From contig OZ024745.1 in assembly GCA_964016885.1 (NCBI GenBank), positions 98,580,001 to 98,644,000 on the forward strand: a DNA stretch of 64,000 bases. The letters run 5' to 3'. The first letter of the stretch is position 1. Every line of letters starts with the position of its first letter. The position numbers and the translations under genes were made by a program. The notes beneath the pieces are model-generated. The model was not told the DNA's origin and ran no database searches. It worked only from the letters and a program-made list of their open reading frames with translations. The DNA is from Eledone cirrhosa (lineage: Eukaryota). Shown here in pieces: positions 36,113-53,475 of this stretch.

Positions 36113-39100
36113 TCATCATCATCATCATCAACGTTTAACGTCCGTGTTCCACGCTTGCATGGGTTTGGACGGGGGTATTTCCCACTTGAGGCAAGAGTGC
36201 TTGTCTTGCTCGCATAGGACTGTCTGGCGGGTTTTCTACAGCTGGATGCCCTTCCTAACACCAACTACATTTACAGTGTGAGGCTGGGAGGTTTTTACCG
36301 TGTTGCCTACACGGCCACATTACAGCGTGGACTGTGTGTTTTTTTGTCGTGACACCTACACGATCTCATTTGTTTCGGCCTGGATGGCGCGGCACCAACA
36401 TAACTTTACATAGAATGGGGTGGTGTGGATGGGGTGGGGGTGGTGGGACGGGGTGTATTTTGTTAGAGATGCCTACTGGCTGGAGTAGGTTTTACTATAT
36501 ATTTAGGTAAGGCGGGTCTTCTCTGTTACTGAGTACCGCCAAAGGTCTCGGTCCAGTGACATTGTCTTGGAGAGGTGTAAGTGTGTGATGTCGGAGTTTA
36601 TCAGCTCGTCCCAGGTTTTTCTAGGTCTGCCTATTCCGTGACTACCGTCTATCTTTATTGCCCTGCACTTTGTTATACAGCTATCGACTTTCATGCGCAT
36701 CACGTGTCCATACCAACGTAGCCTTCTCTCGAGTAAACAACATCTGATCCCTCTTATCTCTAATTTTTTCCTTAGTTCGTTTATGCTTTGCAGTTCACGT
36801 ATATTACTGTTACACATCCAGCGGAGCATGCAAGCTTCGTTCCTCTCTAGTCTGCGTATATCCTCTGCACACAATGCCCAGGTCTCACTGCCATGCAACA
36901 TTGCTGTTCGTATGCAGGCATCGTACAACCTGCCTTTCATTTTTAGGGAGAACCCTTTAGCAGCTAATAGTGGTATAAGCTCTCTGAACTTTTTCCAACC
37001 AGTTCTGACTCTAGCTACAGTACTTTCAGAGCACCCTCCCCCACTGCTGATTTTATCGCCCAGGTAACGGAAGCTGTCCACTATTTCTATAGAACCCTCT
37101 GCGCAATTGAAAGAGCTAGTATTTTGTGGGCACTTGCTGCTACTTATTGCTCCAGAACACCGGCCACATGTAAAATCTATGTTCTTAGTTAGCTTACCTG
37201 TGATCCCACTACATCTTTTATGCACCCATACTTTGCATTTAGGACATAAAATGGAGTTTCTACCTACGCCTTTCCTACACACCGAGCACGACCATTTCCC
37301 AGAAGGGACCGCCGCCTTGTTTTCTTTCCTACAAACTAGAACTTTGGTCTTAGCCAGGTTAATTTTAAGTCCTTTTGACTCTAGGCCGTGCTTCCATGTT
37401 TGGAATTTCTTCTCTAGCTCGGCCATTGATTCAGCTATGAGTGTTAGGTCATCTGCGTATAGGAGTTCCCATGGGCAACCGGTCTTGAACTCCTCTGTTA
37501 TAGCCTGAAGGGCAATAATAAATAGTAGGGGGCTGAGAACAGAGCCCTGATGGACGCCAACTTTTACGCTAAACTCTTCACTATATTCGTTGTTAATTCT
37601 AACCTTGCTGACTGTTTCTTTATACATGGCTTGTATAGCCCTCACAAGCCATTCGTCAACGCCTAGTTTTCTAAGAGCCCACCAGATAATGGAGCGGGGG
37701 ACTCTGTCGAAGGCTTTCTCCAAGTCGACAAAAGCTAAGTAGAGGGGTTTACCTTTAGCTAGGAACTTCTCCTGTAGTTGTCGTACTATGAAAAGAGCGT
37801 CTGTGGTACTTTTGCCTGACACAAACCCGAACTGCATTTCATCTAGGTCAATTCTCTCTCTGATTAGTTGCGCTATTACTTTTTCCGTGACCTTCATGAC
37901 CTGGTCGATTAATTTAATGCCTCTATAGTTACTCCTATCTAGGGCGTCTCCTTTACCTTTATAACAGTTAACGATGATGCTGCTATGCCAGTCCTTCGGA
38001 ACAACCCCATTCTGTACGACTTGGTTAACTATGCGAGTGACCATGGTGTGTCCCACCGTGCCAGATGCCTTCAGCATCTCAGCAACTATTTCCGAAGGCC
38101 CAGCCGCCTTACCCGTCTTCATATCCTTGATTGCCTTACTTATTATACTCCCCTCGACTAACACTGCTGGTCCCTCTATTGGGTCGATATGGGGGAGACT
38201 GTCTTTCTCCCATTTATTCTCCTCATTTAGTAGCCTTTCATAGTGACACTTCCAAGCTACCTTCTTATCAGTGTCGGTGATGGCAAGAATGCCATTATCG
38301 TTAAGTACACACTTCTCCCCGACAATATCACGGTTTTCCTTGACGCATTGCCTAGCAATCCTGAACACCTCACGTTTTTGGTCATCGCGTTGTAGAACAT
38401 GCTTGAACTTTCTTTCCTCAGCTTCCCTTCTTGCTAAGTACACTTCTCTCCTAGCTTCCCTCCTGGCCACTTGATAGTCTACTCTACTTCCCCCATCCCG
38501 CCATACTTTCCAAGCCTGCTTTTTGGCCTTAATTGACCCCTCCACCTCACTGTGCCACCACCGTGTTACTCTCCTCCTGCCTACAGGCCTGCTCCAGCCA
38601 CAGACTTCGTCTGTCGCCAACAGCAGGTTTGCTTTCAGAAATTCTCACTGTCCCTCTATATTGTCCGACTCTAAATGTTCTTCCTTACTGTGGAAAGCAT
38701 CAAGTAATATGTTTTGAAATTTATTTTTGGCTGTGGGGTCCATATTTTTCTCCTGAGGATAGTCCTCTTCTGCTGTCGAGTACGTCTCGTCCTGACTATG
38801 AGGTCGCTAATTATCAGTCTATGTTGGGAGGTGCATTCTTCATGGGGGAGGGATTTAGTGTTTACAACAGACACTCTGTCACGTCTTCTGGTAAGGATAT
38901 AATCTACCTGGCTTGTGTGTTCCCCGGATCTATAGGTGATCAGGTGATTGTCACGTTTTTTGAAGTTAGTGTTACAGATAGTTAGGTTATTTGCATCACA
39001 GAATTCCAGGATTCTGGAGCCTTCCTCATTTCTAGTACCAAACCCATAGCCTCCATGGATTTCGTCGTAGCCGTCACAATGTTGTCCAACGTGACCATTT

Positions 39101-39641
39101 AGGTCGCCTGCAATAATTATATAGTCACTGTCAGATATTTGGGAGGTAGTTAGCAACAGTGTCTCATAGAATCTGTCTTTTATAGTGCCGGGCAGTCCGG
39201 ATTGGGGTGCGTACGCAGATATTACTGTCACCGTAGTTCTATTGAGGACAAGTCATATTTTAATTATTCTGTCGTTCACTCTATTTACGTCTATTATCTT
39301 ATCTGCCCACTTTTCTGCTACCATGATTCCTACTCCACCCAGCCCATCGTCGTTTCCCACCCAGAAAAGCTTATAACATCGTTTTTTACCCTCAATGAAT
39401 CTAGCAGACCCACCCCTCCACCTGGTCTCTTGAATACAACAAACATCGACCTCCTTACGTTCAAGCATTTCTACAACCTCGTTAGCGCGACCCTTTAGGG
39501 TGCCTACATTTATGGTACCAACTCTGAAGTTTTGGATTGCGTTTGGAGGGTGGGGGTGGTGGGGGCGGGGGGAGATGGGGTTATGTTAGCCATCCGCGGG
39601 CGAAACAAAGAGGAGTGCTCGCATTCTCGTCCATGAGGTGA
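36113..39641 (-). mobile_element. Near full-length RTE LINE (family A), frameshifted in the endonuclease/linker
   Basis: ORF pieces 39253-39468 (CIQETRW), 38671-39231 (GDLNGH, DYIL, SQH), 36503-38620 (705 aa RT + PHD); 3' UTR, (GAT)n tail. Confidence 0.97.
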
Positions 39642-40547
39642 ATCATCATCATCATCAGGTTTAGCGTCCGTGTTCCACGCTTGCATGGGTTTGGACGGGG
39701 GTTTTCCCACTTGAGGCAAGAGTGATTGTCTTGCTCGCATAGGACTGTCTGGCGGGTTTTCAACAGTTGGATGCCCTTCCTAACACCAACCACATTTACA
39801 GTGTGGGACTGGGAGGTTTTTACCGTGTTGCCTACACGGCCACATTACAGCGTGGACTGTCTGGCTGGTTTTCTACAGCTGGATGCCCTTCCTAACACCA
39901 ACCACATTTACAGTGTGGGGCTGGGAGGTTTTTACCGTGTTGCCTACACGGCCACATTTACAGCGTGGACTGTGTGTTTTTTGTCGTGACACCTACACGA
40001 TCTCATTTGTTTCGGCCTGGATGTTGTGGGACCAACATAACTTTACATTGAAAGGGGCGGTGTGGGTGGGGTGGAGGTGGTGGGACGGGGGTGTGTTTTG
40101 ATAGAGGTGCCTACTGACTGTAGTAGGTTTTTACTTTGTATTTAGGTAAGGCGGGTCTTCTCTATTACTGAGTACCGCCAAAGGTCTCGGTCCAGTGACA
40201 TTGTCTTGGAGAGGTGTAAGCGTGTGAGGTCGGAATTTATCAGCTCGTCCCATGTTTTTCTGGGTCTGCCTACTCCGTGGCTACCGTCTATCTTTATTGC
40301 CCTGCACTTTGTTATACAGCTGTCGTCTTTCATGCGCATCACGTGACCGTACCAACGTAGCCTTCTCTCGAGTAAACAACATCTGATCCCTCTTATTTCT
40401 AATTTTTTCCTTAGTTCGTTTATGCTTTGCCGTTCACGTATATTACTATTGCACATCCAGCGGAGCATGCAAGCTTCGTTCCTCTCTAGTCTGCGTATAT
40501 CCTCTGCACACAATGCCCAGGTCTCACTGCCATGCAGCATTGCTGTT
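39642..40547 (-). mobile_element. 5'-truncated RTE LINE (family A) with ~112 bp tandem duplication in 3' UTR
   Basis: [16 protein letters not shown]...EKTRLT*; duplicated GGACTGTCTGGC...ACAGCGT unit at ~39742-39853 and ~39854-39967. Confidence 0.95.
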
Positions 40548-40563
40548 ATATATACATATATAC

Positions 40564-40598
<35 letters not shown>

Positions 40599-40633
40599 CA
40601 TATATACATATATATATACATATATATATATAC

Positions 40634-40664
<31 letters not shown>

Positions 40665-40884
40665 CATATATACATATATATACATATATATATATTGGTA
40701 AACGGAATAGAAAATGCTGACAAATTGTTCACAGTTGAAAAATGGTTTAATTAGGAATAAAAGAGTATTAGTGATTGTATGGGTTAGTATTCAGTTGTGG
40801 TTTTAAGTTTTTAAGATTTTACCGGTTGCGCATTTCTAAATGCTTTTCAAAAATAATTTTGAGATAGAGTGTCCGTGCTGTTTG

Positions 40885-41231
40885 CTATATATATATATAT
40901 ATACATACATATATATATACATATATATATACATATATATATACATATATATATACATATATATATACATATATATATACATATATATATACATATATAT
41001 ATACATATATATATACATATATATATACATATATATATACATATATATATACATATATATATACATATATATATACATATATATACATATATATATATAC
41101 ATATATACATATATATATATACATATATATATATACATATATATATATACATATATACATATATATATATACATATATATATATACATATATATATACAT
41201 ATACGTATATATATACATATACATATATATA
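40885..41231. repeat. (CATATATATATA)n 12-mer periodic microsatellite abutting RTE tail
   Basis: Regular 12 bp period at ~40909-41080. Confidence 0.95.
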
Positions 41232-44200
41232 CATCATCATCATCATCATCATCACCGTTTTACGTCCGTTCTTCCACGCTAGCATGGGTTAGACGGGTTG
41301 TCCTGTTGTGGGCAGTGTCTGGTCGGCTGACCATGCCTTGCTCATACAGGAACTGATCTGGCTTGATTTCTACAGCTGGATGCCCTTCCTAACACCAACC
41401 TCATTTACAGTGAGTGCTGGGTGCTTTTTCGTGGCGCCTACACGTCCACTTTACAGTGTGGGCTGGGTGCTTTTTTGCCGTGGCACCTCCACGACCACCT
41501 TGCGGTGGGGGGGGGGGCATATTGTTTATATGCTTCAGCATGTACCCATGGGAGGTCGGGTACCCTGTATTACTGCGTGACGCCAGAAGTCACGGTCGTG
41601 TGTCATTGACTTTGAGAGGTGTAGTTGGGTAAGGTCGGCTTTTATCACCTCATCCCAAGTCATCTTGGGTCTCCCCACTCCGCGGTTTCCATCAACTTCT
41701 AGTGCTCTGCACCTTTTTATGCAGCTGTCATCCTTCATACGCATCACATGTCCATACCAGCGTAACCGCCTCTCCTGCACGCAGCATTTGATTCCTCTTA
41801 TGCTCAGTCTCTCTCTCAATTCATTTATGCTTTGTCGTTCACGTATATTACTGTTACACATCCATCGGAGCATGCAGGCTTCGTTTCTCTCTAATCTACG
41901 TAAGTCTTCCACCTTCAGCGCCCAGGTCTCACTACCATGCAACATCGCTGTTCGGATACACGCATCATACAGTCTGCCTTTCATTCTGAGGGAGAAGCCT
42001 TTTGCAGCTAGCAGTGGTAGTAGTTCCCTAAACTTCTTCCATCCCGTTCTTACCCTAGTTATTGTACTTTCTGAGCACCCACCTCCGTTGCTAATTCGGT
42101 CACCTAGGTAGCAGAAGCTGTCTACTGTTTCTACAGGGCCCTCCCAGAGATTGGTGGTACTTGTTTCCTGTGGCTGTTTGCTTGCTGTTTCAGCACAGCT
42201 GCTGCATGTGAATCCTACATTCTTAATTAAGCTTCCTGAGATCCCGCTACATCTCTTGTGTACCCATTGTTTGCATTTGGGGCAAAGAATGGAGTTCCTA
42301 CCTACACCTTTCCTACATACTGAGCAAGGCCATTTCCCTGAGGGGATCTGGGTTCTGTTTTCTCGTCTACTTATAAGGACCTTAGTCTTTGTCATGTTGA
42401 CTTTGAGGCCCTTTCTCTCTAGTCCCTGCTTCCAGGTTTGGAATTTATTCTCTAGTTCTACCATAGATTCAGCTATGAGTGCGAGGTCATCAGCATACAG
42501 GAGTTCCCATGGGCATCCGGTCTTAAACTCCTCCGTTATTGCCTGCAGGACTATGATGAACAGGAGAGGGCTAAGAACAGAGCCCTGGTGGACCCCAACC
42601 TGTACGCTAAATTCCTCGCTATACTCATTGCCAATCCTAACTTTGCTGACTGCTCCCCTATACATGGCTTGTACCGCTTTCACAAGCCATTCATCTACTC
42701 CTAGTTTTCTAAGAGCCCACCAGATTACTGCACGTGGAACTCTGTCAAAGGCTTTCTCAAGGTCGACAAATGCCAAGTAGAGTGGCTTACTTTTAGCTAG
42801 GTACTTTTCCTGTAATTGCCTCACAAGGAAGAGCGCATCAGTGGTGCCTTTCCCTGGAACAAACCCAAATTGCATCTCGTCTATATTCACCCGGTCCCTA
42901 ATCAGCTGTGCTATAACTCTTTCTGTTACTTTCATGACCTGGTCCATCAACTTTATACCTCTATAGTTTCCTCTATCTAGTGCATCGCCTTTACCTTTGT
43001 AGCAGTTGACAATGATGCTACTGCACCAATCTTTTGGTATGGCCCCCTCTAGTATTACCTGGTTAACGATACGTGTGGTTATAGTGTGACCTACAGACCC
43101 AGATGCCTTCAGCATCTCGGCAGCTATACCCGATGGACCGGTTGCCTTCCCTATCTTCATATCTCTGATTGCCTTACTTACTACGCTGCCGCTGACTTGT
43201 ACTGCTGGTCCCTCTATAGGGTCTACGTGGGGTAGGGTCTCTTCTTCCCATGCATTCTCCTCATTTAGTAATCTATCATAATGACTCTTCCATGCATCTT
43301 TCTTCTCAGCACTTGTGAGGGCAAGCTCACCTTTATCATTCCGGATACACTTCTCTCCAATGACATCACAACTATCTCTGACACACTGCCTCGCAATCTT
43401 GAATACCTCCTGTTTCTGGTCCTCACGTTGTAAAACATGCTTGAATTTTCTATCCTCTGCTTCCCTCCTAGCTAAGTATACTTGTCGCCTAGCTTCCCTC
43501 TTGGTCTCTATGTAATGTACCCTGCTCCCCCCGTTCTTCCATTCTTTCCATGCCTGTCTCTTGGCCTTGACTGCTTCATCTACCTTATTGTTCCACCACC
43601 AAGTCACTCTCCTCCTGCTTGAGGTCTTACTCCAGCCACAAACCTCATCCGTCGCCTCTAGTAAGTTATTTTTTAGGAACTCCCAGTTCTCTTCTACGTT
43701 AAATGTCTCTATCTGTTCTTCTTTACTGTCGTAGGCGTTGAGTAAAATATCTTTAAATCTGTTACTGGTTGAGGGGACTTTCAGCTTCCAGATCTTTCTT
43801 CTCCAGGTTGGCCTCTGTTTCAGGGCTCGTCTAGTTCTGACCGTGAGGTCGCTGACAACTAAGCTATGTTGGGATGTACATTCCTCACTAGGGAAGGCTT
43901 TTGTGTTTACGACCGTCCATCTGTCACGTCCTCTGATGAGAATAAAATCTAACTGACTAGAGTGCTCCCCTGATCTATAGGTGATCAGGTGGTTGTCGGG
44001 TTTTTTAAAGTTTGTGTTACATATCGACATGTCATTGGCGTCGCAGAATTCTAGAAGTCTGAATCCTTCCTCATTCCTTGTGCCAACTCCATGGCCTCCA
44101 TGTACTCTATTGAAGCCGTCGCAGTGTTTACCTACGTGTCCGTTAAAATCTCCTGCAATGATTAGGAAGTCCTTGTCGTCTGTTAGAGCAGTAGTGTGTA

Positions 44201-44934
44201 TTAGGGACTCGTAAAACCTATCCTTAAGTTCGTCTGGCAGCCCCGATTGGGGTGCGTAAGCTGATATTATTGTGGTAATTGTCTTATTCAGGACTAGTCT
44301 GAGTTTAATGATTCTTGCATTTACCCTGTACACTGAGATTACTTTATCTACCCACTTGTCAGCTAATAGTATACCTACACCACCCATCCCATCGTCATTT
44401 CCCACCCAGAAAAATTTGTAGCACTGGCTTTTTCCTACAAGGACTCTAGCAGACCCTCCTCTCCATCTAGTCTCTTGCACACAGCATACATCAACTTCCT
44501 TTCGCTCTAGCATTTCTACGATTTCTCCTGCTCTTCCTTTCATTGAGCCTACATTGATGGTACCAACTCGGAGTTTTGGGCATTTGTCGACACTCGTAGG
44601 GGAGGGTCTCTGGGTTGGCGCTTCACGTGGGTGCTTGGTAGCTCGCAGATTCATATTTCATCTATTGATTCAGAGTTGCTCGTGTATTCCCAGCTCATCC
44701 ATCCATAACGGTGGGAAAATTGAGGGCTAGAAGGACAGTGGTGGTGGGGTAATGGCAGGGTGTGTTGGGATGCGCCAGAGGAGGAGAGAGTTAGTTAGGC
44801 AGGTAGTAGCAGCAGCAGCAGTGGAAATGGCATGCTAGGTTTGATTGGTCGAATAGACTATGGTGGTGTGTGGGGGTGGGGGGGAGGGAAATTGTGAGGT
44901 AGGAACTGAGGGTCGCATGGTAAATATCCAAGTC
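41232..44934 (-). mobile_element. Full-length, ORF-intact RTE LINE (family B)
   Basis: ~280 bp 5' region, 1039 aa ORF, ~300 bp 3' UTR, (GAT)n tail; both flanks are (TA)nCA arrays. Confidence 0.97.
41535..44654 (-). CDS. RTE polyprotein: APE endonuclease + reverse transcriptase + PHD-type zinc finger (1039 aa)
   Basis: TINVG, CVQETRW, SAYAP, GDFNGH, LDFIL, SQH (APE); YKGKGD, NYRGI, QFGF, FVDLEKAFD, GVHQGSVLSP, YADD (RT); CSVC-x10-CPKC-x4-H-x2-C-x14-CSSC; [17 protein letters not shown]. Confidence 0.97.
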   Translation of the reverse strand: MNLRATKHPREAPTQRPSPTSVDKCPKLRVGTINVGSMKGRAGEIVEMLERKEVDVCCVQETRWRGGSARVLVGKSQCYKFFWVGNDDGMGGVGILLADKWVDKVISVYRVNARIIKLRLVLNKTITTIISAYAPQSGLPDELKDRFYESLIHTTALTDDKDFLIIAGDFNGHVGKHCDGFNRVHGGHGVGTRNEEGFRLLEFCDANDMSICNTNFKKPDNHLITYRSGEHSSQLDFILIRGRDRWTVVNTKAFPSEECTSQHSLVVSDLTVRTRRALKQRPTWRRKIWKLKVPSTSNRFKDILLNAYDSKEEQIETFNVEENWEFLKNNLLEATDEVCGWSKTSSRRRVTWWWNNKVDEAVKAKRQAWKEWKNGGSRVHYIETKREARRQVYLARREAEDRKFKHVLQREDQKQEVFKIARQCVRDSCDVIGEKCIRNDKGELALTSAEKKDAWKSHYDRLLNEENAWEEETLPHVDPIEGPAVQVSGSVVSKAIRDMKIGKATGPSGIAAEMLKASGSVGHTITTRIVNQVILEGAIPKDWCSSIIVNCYKGKGDALDRGNYRGIKLMDQVMKVTERVIAQLIRDRVNIDEMQFGFVPGKGTTDALFLVRQLQEKYLAKSKPLYLAFVDLEKAFDRVPRAVIWWALRKLGVDEWLVKAVQAMYRGAVSKVRIGNEYSEEFSVQVGVHQGSVLSPLLFIIVLQAITEEFKTGCPWELLYADDLALIAESMVELENKFQTWKQGLERKGLKVNMTKTKVLISRRENRTQIPSGKWPCSVCRKGVGRNSILCPKCKQWVHKRCSGISGSLIKNVGFTCSSCAETASKQPQETSTTNLWEGPVETVDSFCYLGDRISNGGGCSESTITRVRTGWKKFRELLPLLAAKGFSLRMKGRLYDACIRTAMLHGSETWALKVEDLRRLERNEACMLRWMCNSNIRERQSINELRERLSIRGIKCCVQERRLRWYGHVMRMKDDSCIKRCRALEVDGNRGVGRPKMTWDEVIKADLTQLHLSKSMTHDRDFWRHAVIQGTRPPMGTC

Positions 44935-44939
44935 ATATA

Positions 44940-44973
<34 letters not shown>

Positions 44974-45028
44974 CATATACATATATACATATATATATAT
45001 ATATACATATATACATATATATATATAT

Positions 45029-45059
<31 letters not shown>

Positions 45060-45493
45060 TACATATATATATACATATACATATATATATACATATATAC
45101 ATATATATATATATATACATATATATATACATATACATATACATATATATATATATATACATATATATACATATATATATACATATATATATATATATAC
45201 ATATATATACATATATATATATATATACATATGTACATATATATATACCAGAATAATTTTGAAGCTTGTTTCTTTCCCCTACGGTTAGCTATACTCTTTG
45301 TTGTTCTCCTGTCTCACTCGCTTTACGCGTTTCAATTGTCCTAATAACTTATTTTGGTTATTATTGCACCGACGTGAGGTATATGATTTTTAATGCAATG
45401 AAATATCTATGATCGTCGGCAAATCACTGATGAGGGACTCATTTTATTACATGTTATCCATGTGCTACCTGCAGTATTTTTCTCTATATTTAT

Positions 45494-50600
<5,107 letters not shown>

Positions 50601-51822
50601 CATTCATTTCATTCATTCATTCATCATCATTTTACGTCCACTTTTCCCTGCTTGCAAGGGTGGGACGGGTCTTATTCAGCACAGCATCTCTCCACTCGTC
50701 ACGGTCCCTCGTCATCTCCACCGTGAGCTTCAATGATCTGAAGTCTGTTCTTACCACCTCCGCCCATGTTTTTCGTGGTCTACCTCTACCACGTCTTCCT
50801 TCAACTGGCAATTCCTGGCACTTCTTCACCCATCGGTCATCCTCCATGCGCATCACATGTCCATACCACCTCAGTCTCCTCTCCCGTACACTACATTCTA
50901 TCCCTCTCAGACACAGTTTCTCTCTCAACACATTTATGCTGGGTCGTTCACGCACATTTACACTGCACATCCAACGGAGCATGCTTGCCTCATTTCTCTC
51001 CAGCCGTCGCATATCCTCTGCAGTTGCTGCCCATGTCTCACTACCATGCAGCATCGCGCTCCTCACACAGGCATCATACAACCGGCCTTTCGTACGCAGG
51101 AAGAAACCCTTTTTCGTCAACAGAGGAAGCAGCTCCCTAAACTTCTTCCAACCCGTCCTTATTCTAGATACTATGGACTCGGAACACCCTCCTCCCATGC
51201 TAATCTGATCTCCTAGGTACCGGAAGCTATCCACCACTTCTATAGCGCTGTCTATCAATGCGACTTCTACTGTCTAATTTCCCTGTACATCTACTGCATA
51301 CATATTTCTCCCTACCTGTTAGTTTGCCTGCTATCCCGCTACATCTCTTGTGTACCCAGGATCTGCATTGTGTGCATTTTATAGAATTTATGCCAGTTCC
51401 TTTTCTGAATATCGAACATGGCCATTTCCCTGACGGAATCAGGGTTTTGTCCTCTTTTCTACTCATCAACACTTTTGTCTTAGCTAGATTCACTCTCAGT
51501 CCTCTTGCTTCCAACTGCTGTTTCCATAGCCAGAATTTATTCTCTAGCTCCTCTACTGATTCTGCTATAAGAACCAGATCGTTAGCATAGAGAAGTTCCC
51601 ATGGACAGCCAGTCTTAAACTCCTCTGTTATGGCTTGGAGGACTATAATGAACAGGACCGAACCCTGATGTACTCCTACTTGTATCTGGAATTCCTCACT
51701 AAACTCCATTCCTACCCTGACTTTACTGAGAGTACCTCTGCACAAAGTTTGCACTGTCCTCACAAGCCATTCCTCAACACCTAGCTTCCTTAGGGACCAC
51801 CAGATGACAGATCAGGGTACCC
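50601..51822 (-). mobile_element. 5'-truncated RTE LINE (family C)
   Basis: GVHQGSV, LLYAND, PHD-type finger, [16 protein letters not shown]; ORF runs into terminal hairpin; tail (GAT)n then (AATG)n; both ends in TA-rich arrays. Confidence 0.95.
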
Positions 51823-51884
51823 TATATATATATATACATACATATATATATACAAACATATACATAAACACACACACACTGTAT

Positions 51885-52332
51885 AGGGAGTTAGACAAAC
51901 CAAATCTCAGGTAAAATGACTGCATCAAAAGAGCTTTGATAAAGTAAAAAAATCAGAGAAGATAACTGGGAAGACATTGACTTAGATCGATCATCTTGAA
52001 GGAAAACAGTGTTTAAAGGAAAACAGTGTTTAAAGGAAAACAAGGATTTGAAAAATCTTGTGTGGAACATGAAAAATTAAAGACGTGTCTGCCTAAGGGT
52101 GCACACAATACTACGTTACCTAGATTTTCAGATGCTCAAAATGACTCTCAGCAATGAGTGTTGCCAGGTTTGCCTCAGTAAAGCTGGTCTTAGAAGTCAT
52201 CATAGAAGCCATTTACAAAATGTTGCTAATTATGGTCTTCTTGGCATTTCTTCCTGTCGGAAGTGTGGAAAACAATGTGCCTCGTCCAATGAACTTCAAT
52301 GTCATTTGAAAACTCACCAAAACAAAAAATAG
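51885..52332 (+). mobile_element. Decayed 3' end of a BovB-like RTE with two C2H2 zinc fingers
   Basis: KPNLR..DCIKRAL..DNWEDIDLDRSS*RKTVFKG, then CCQVCLSKAGLRSHHRSH and CRKCGKQCASSNELQCHLKTH. Confidence 0.65.
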
Positions 52333-52844
52333 GGAACCAAAATGGAAGTAATGTTCATCACTGCAGCATATGCAGAAAGGAATGTAAATCCTTGGCAGGG
52401 TTAAAGAGTCGTGTTTGTGCCAACCATGTGTGAGAGGGGGATCAGGTGGTGGAAATTCTTGAAATCGAGATGCAGCTGTCATGTATATATATGCCGTACC
52501 ATATGCCATTTACTCCTGATTGAGTTGTAGAAGGCGCTAATGTCAATTTTCAGCATTGGATATTTTAATCACTCCAAGTCTGTACATAGCTAATTTCTTC
52601 CAGAGAAGAGAGAGAAAATGAGTAAAAGATATAGAGGAAGAATCAACTCCAATACTAGGCTGATACTTAACCTATTGATAGAAACCATGATCCTTTGCTC
52701 TATATAGGAGGGCAGTGACTTTGAATAAGAACCTGCGACTATGAAAAACTGTCCAACCCATGCAAGTATGGAAAGTGAATGTAAAACAATGATGATAATA
52801 TATGAGTGTGTGTAGAAAATGTTTATAAATGTTTTAAATAAAAT

Positions 52845-53475
52845 ACGAAGCCTGCATGCTCCAATGGATGTGTAATATACGCGAAAGGCAAAGCATAAAT
52901 GGAGAGAGAAACTGAGCATAAGAGGAATCAAATGCTGTGTGCAGGAGAGGTGGTTGCGTTGGTATGGACATGCGATACGTATGAAGGATGACAGCTGCAT
53001 AAAAAGGTGCAGAGCAAGCACTAGAATCGATGGAAACCGTGGAGCGGGGAGACCCAAGAAGACCTGGGATGAGGTGATAAAAGCCAACCTTACCCAATTA
53101 TACCTCAAAGGCAATGGCACACGACCGTGACATCTGGCATCACGCAGTAATACAGAAGACCCAACCCCCTTCCCCACATGTACAAGCTGAAGCATATAGA
53201 CAATATGCCCCCACACCCTCCCACTGCAAAGCACCCAGCCCACACTGTAAAGTGGACGTGTAGGCGCCACGGAAAAAAAGCACCCAGCACTCACTGTAAA
53301 TAAGGTTGGTGTTAGGAAGGGCATCCAGCTGTAGAAATCAAGCCAGAATCAGTTCCCGTATGAGCAAGGCATGGTCAGCCCACCAGACACTGCCCACAAC
53401 GGGATAACCCGTCTAACCCATGCTAGCGTGGAATAACGGACGTAAAACGGTGATGGTGATAATGATGATGATGAT
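52845..53475 (+). mobile_element. RTE family B 3' fragment
   Basis: [38 protein letters not shown]; 3' UTR matches 41232-41535; (GAT)n tail. Confidence 0.92.

Noticed and set aside
36693-44214. Plus-strand ORFs of 100-200 aa overlapping the RTEs
   Set aside because: Antisense shadow frames of the RTE coding sequence with no recognisable motifs.
45320-45445. Hammerhead half-motifs: GAAACGCGTA (minus, 45324-45333) and CTGATGAGGGAC (plus, 45427)
   Set aside because: Halves lie on opposite strands and neither has its partner; at most PLE debris.
52099-52332. Stand-alone C2H2 zinc-finger gene
   Set aside because: Directly continues a decayed RTE C-terminus; interpreted as part of the retroelement.
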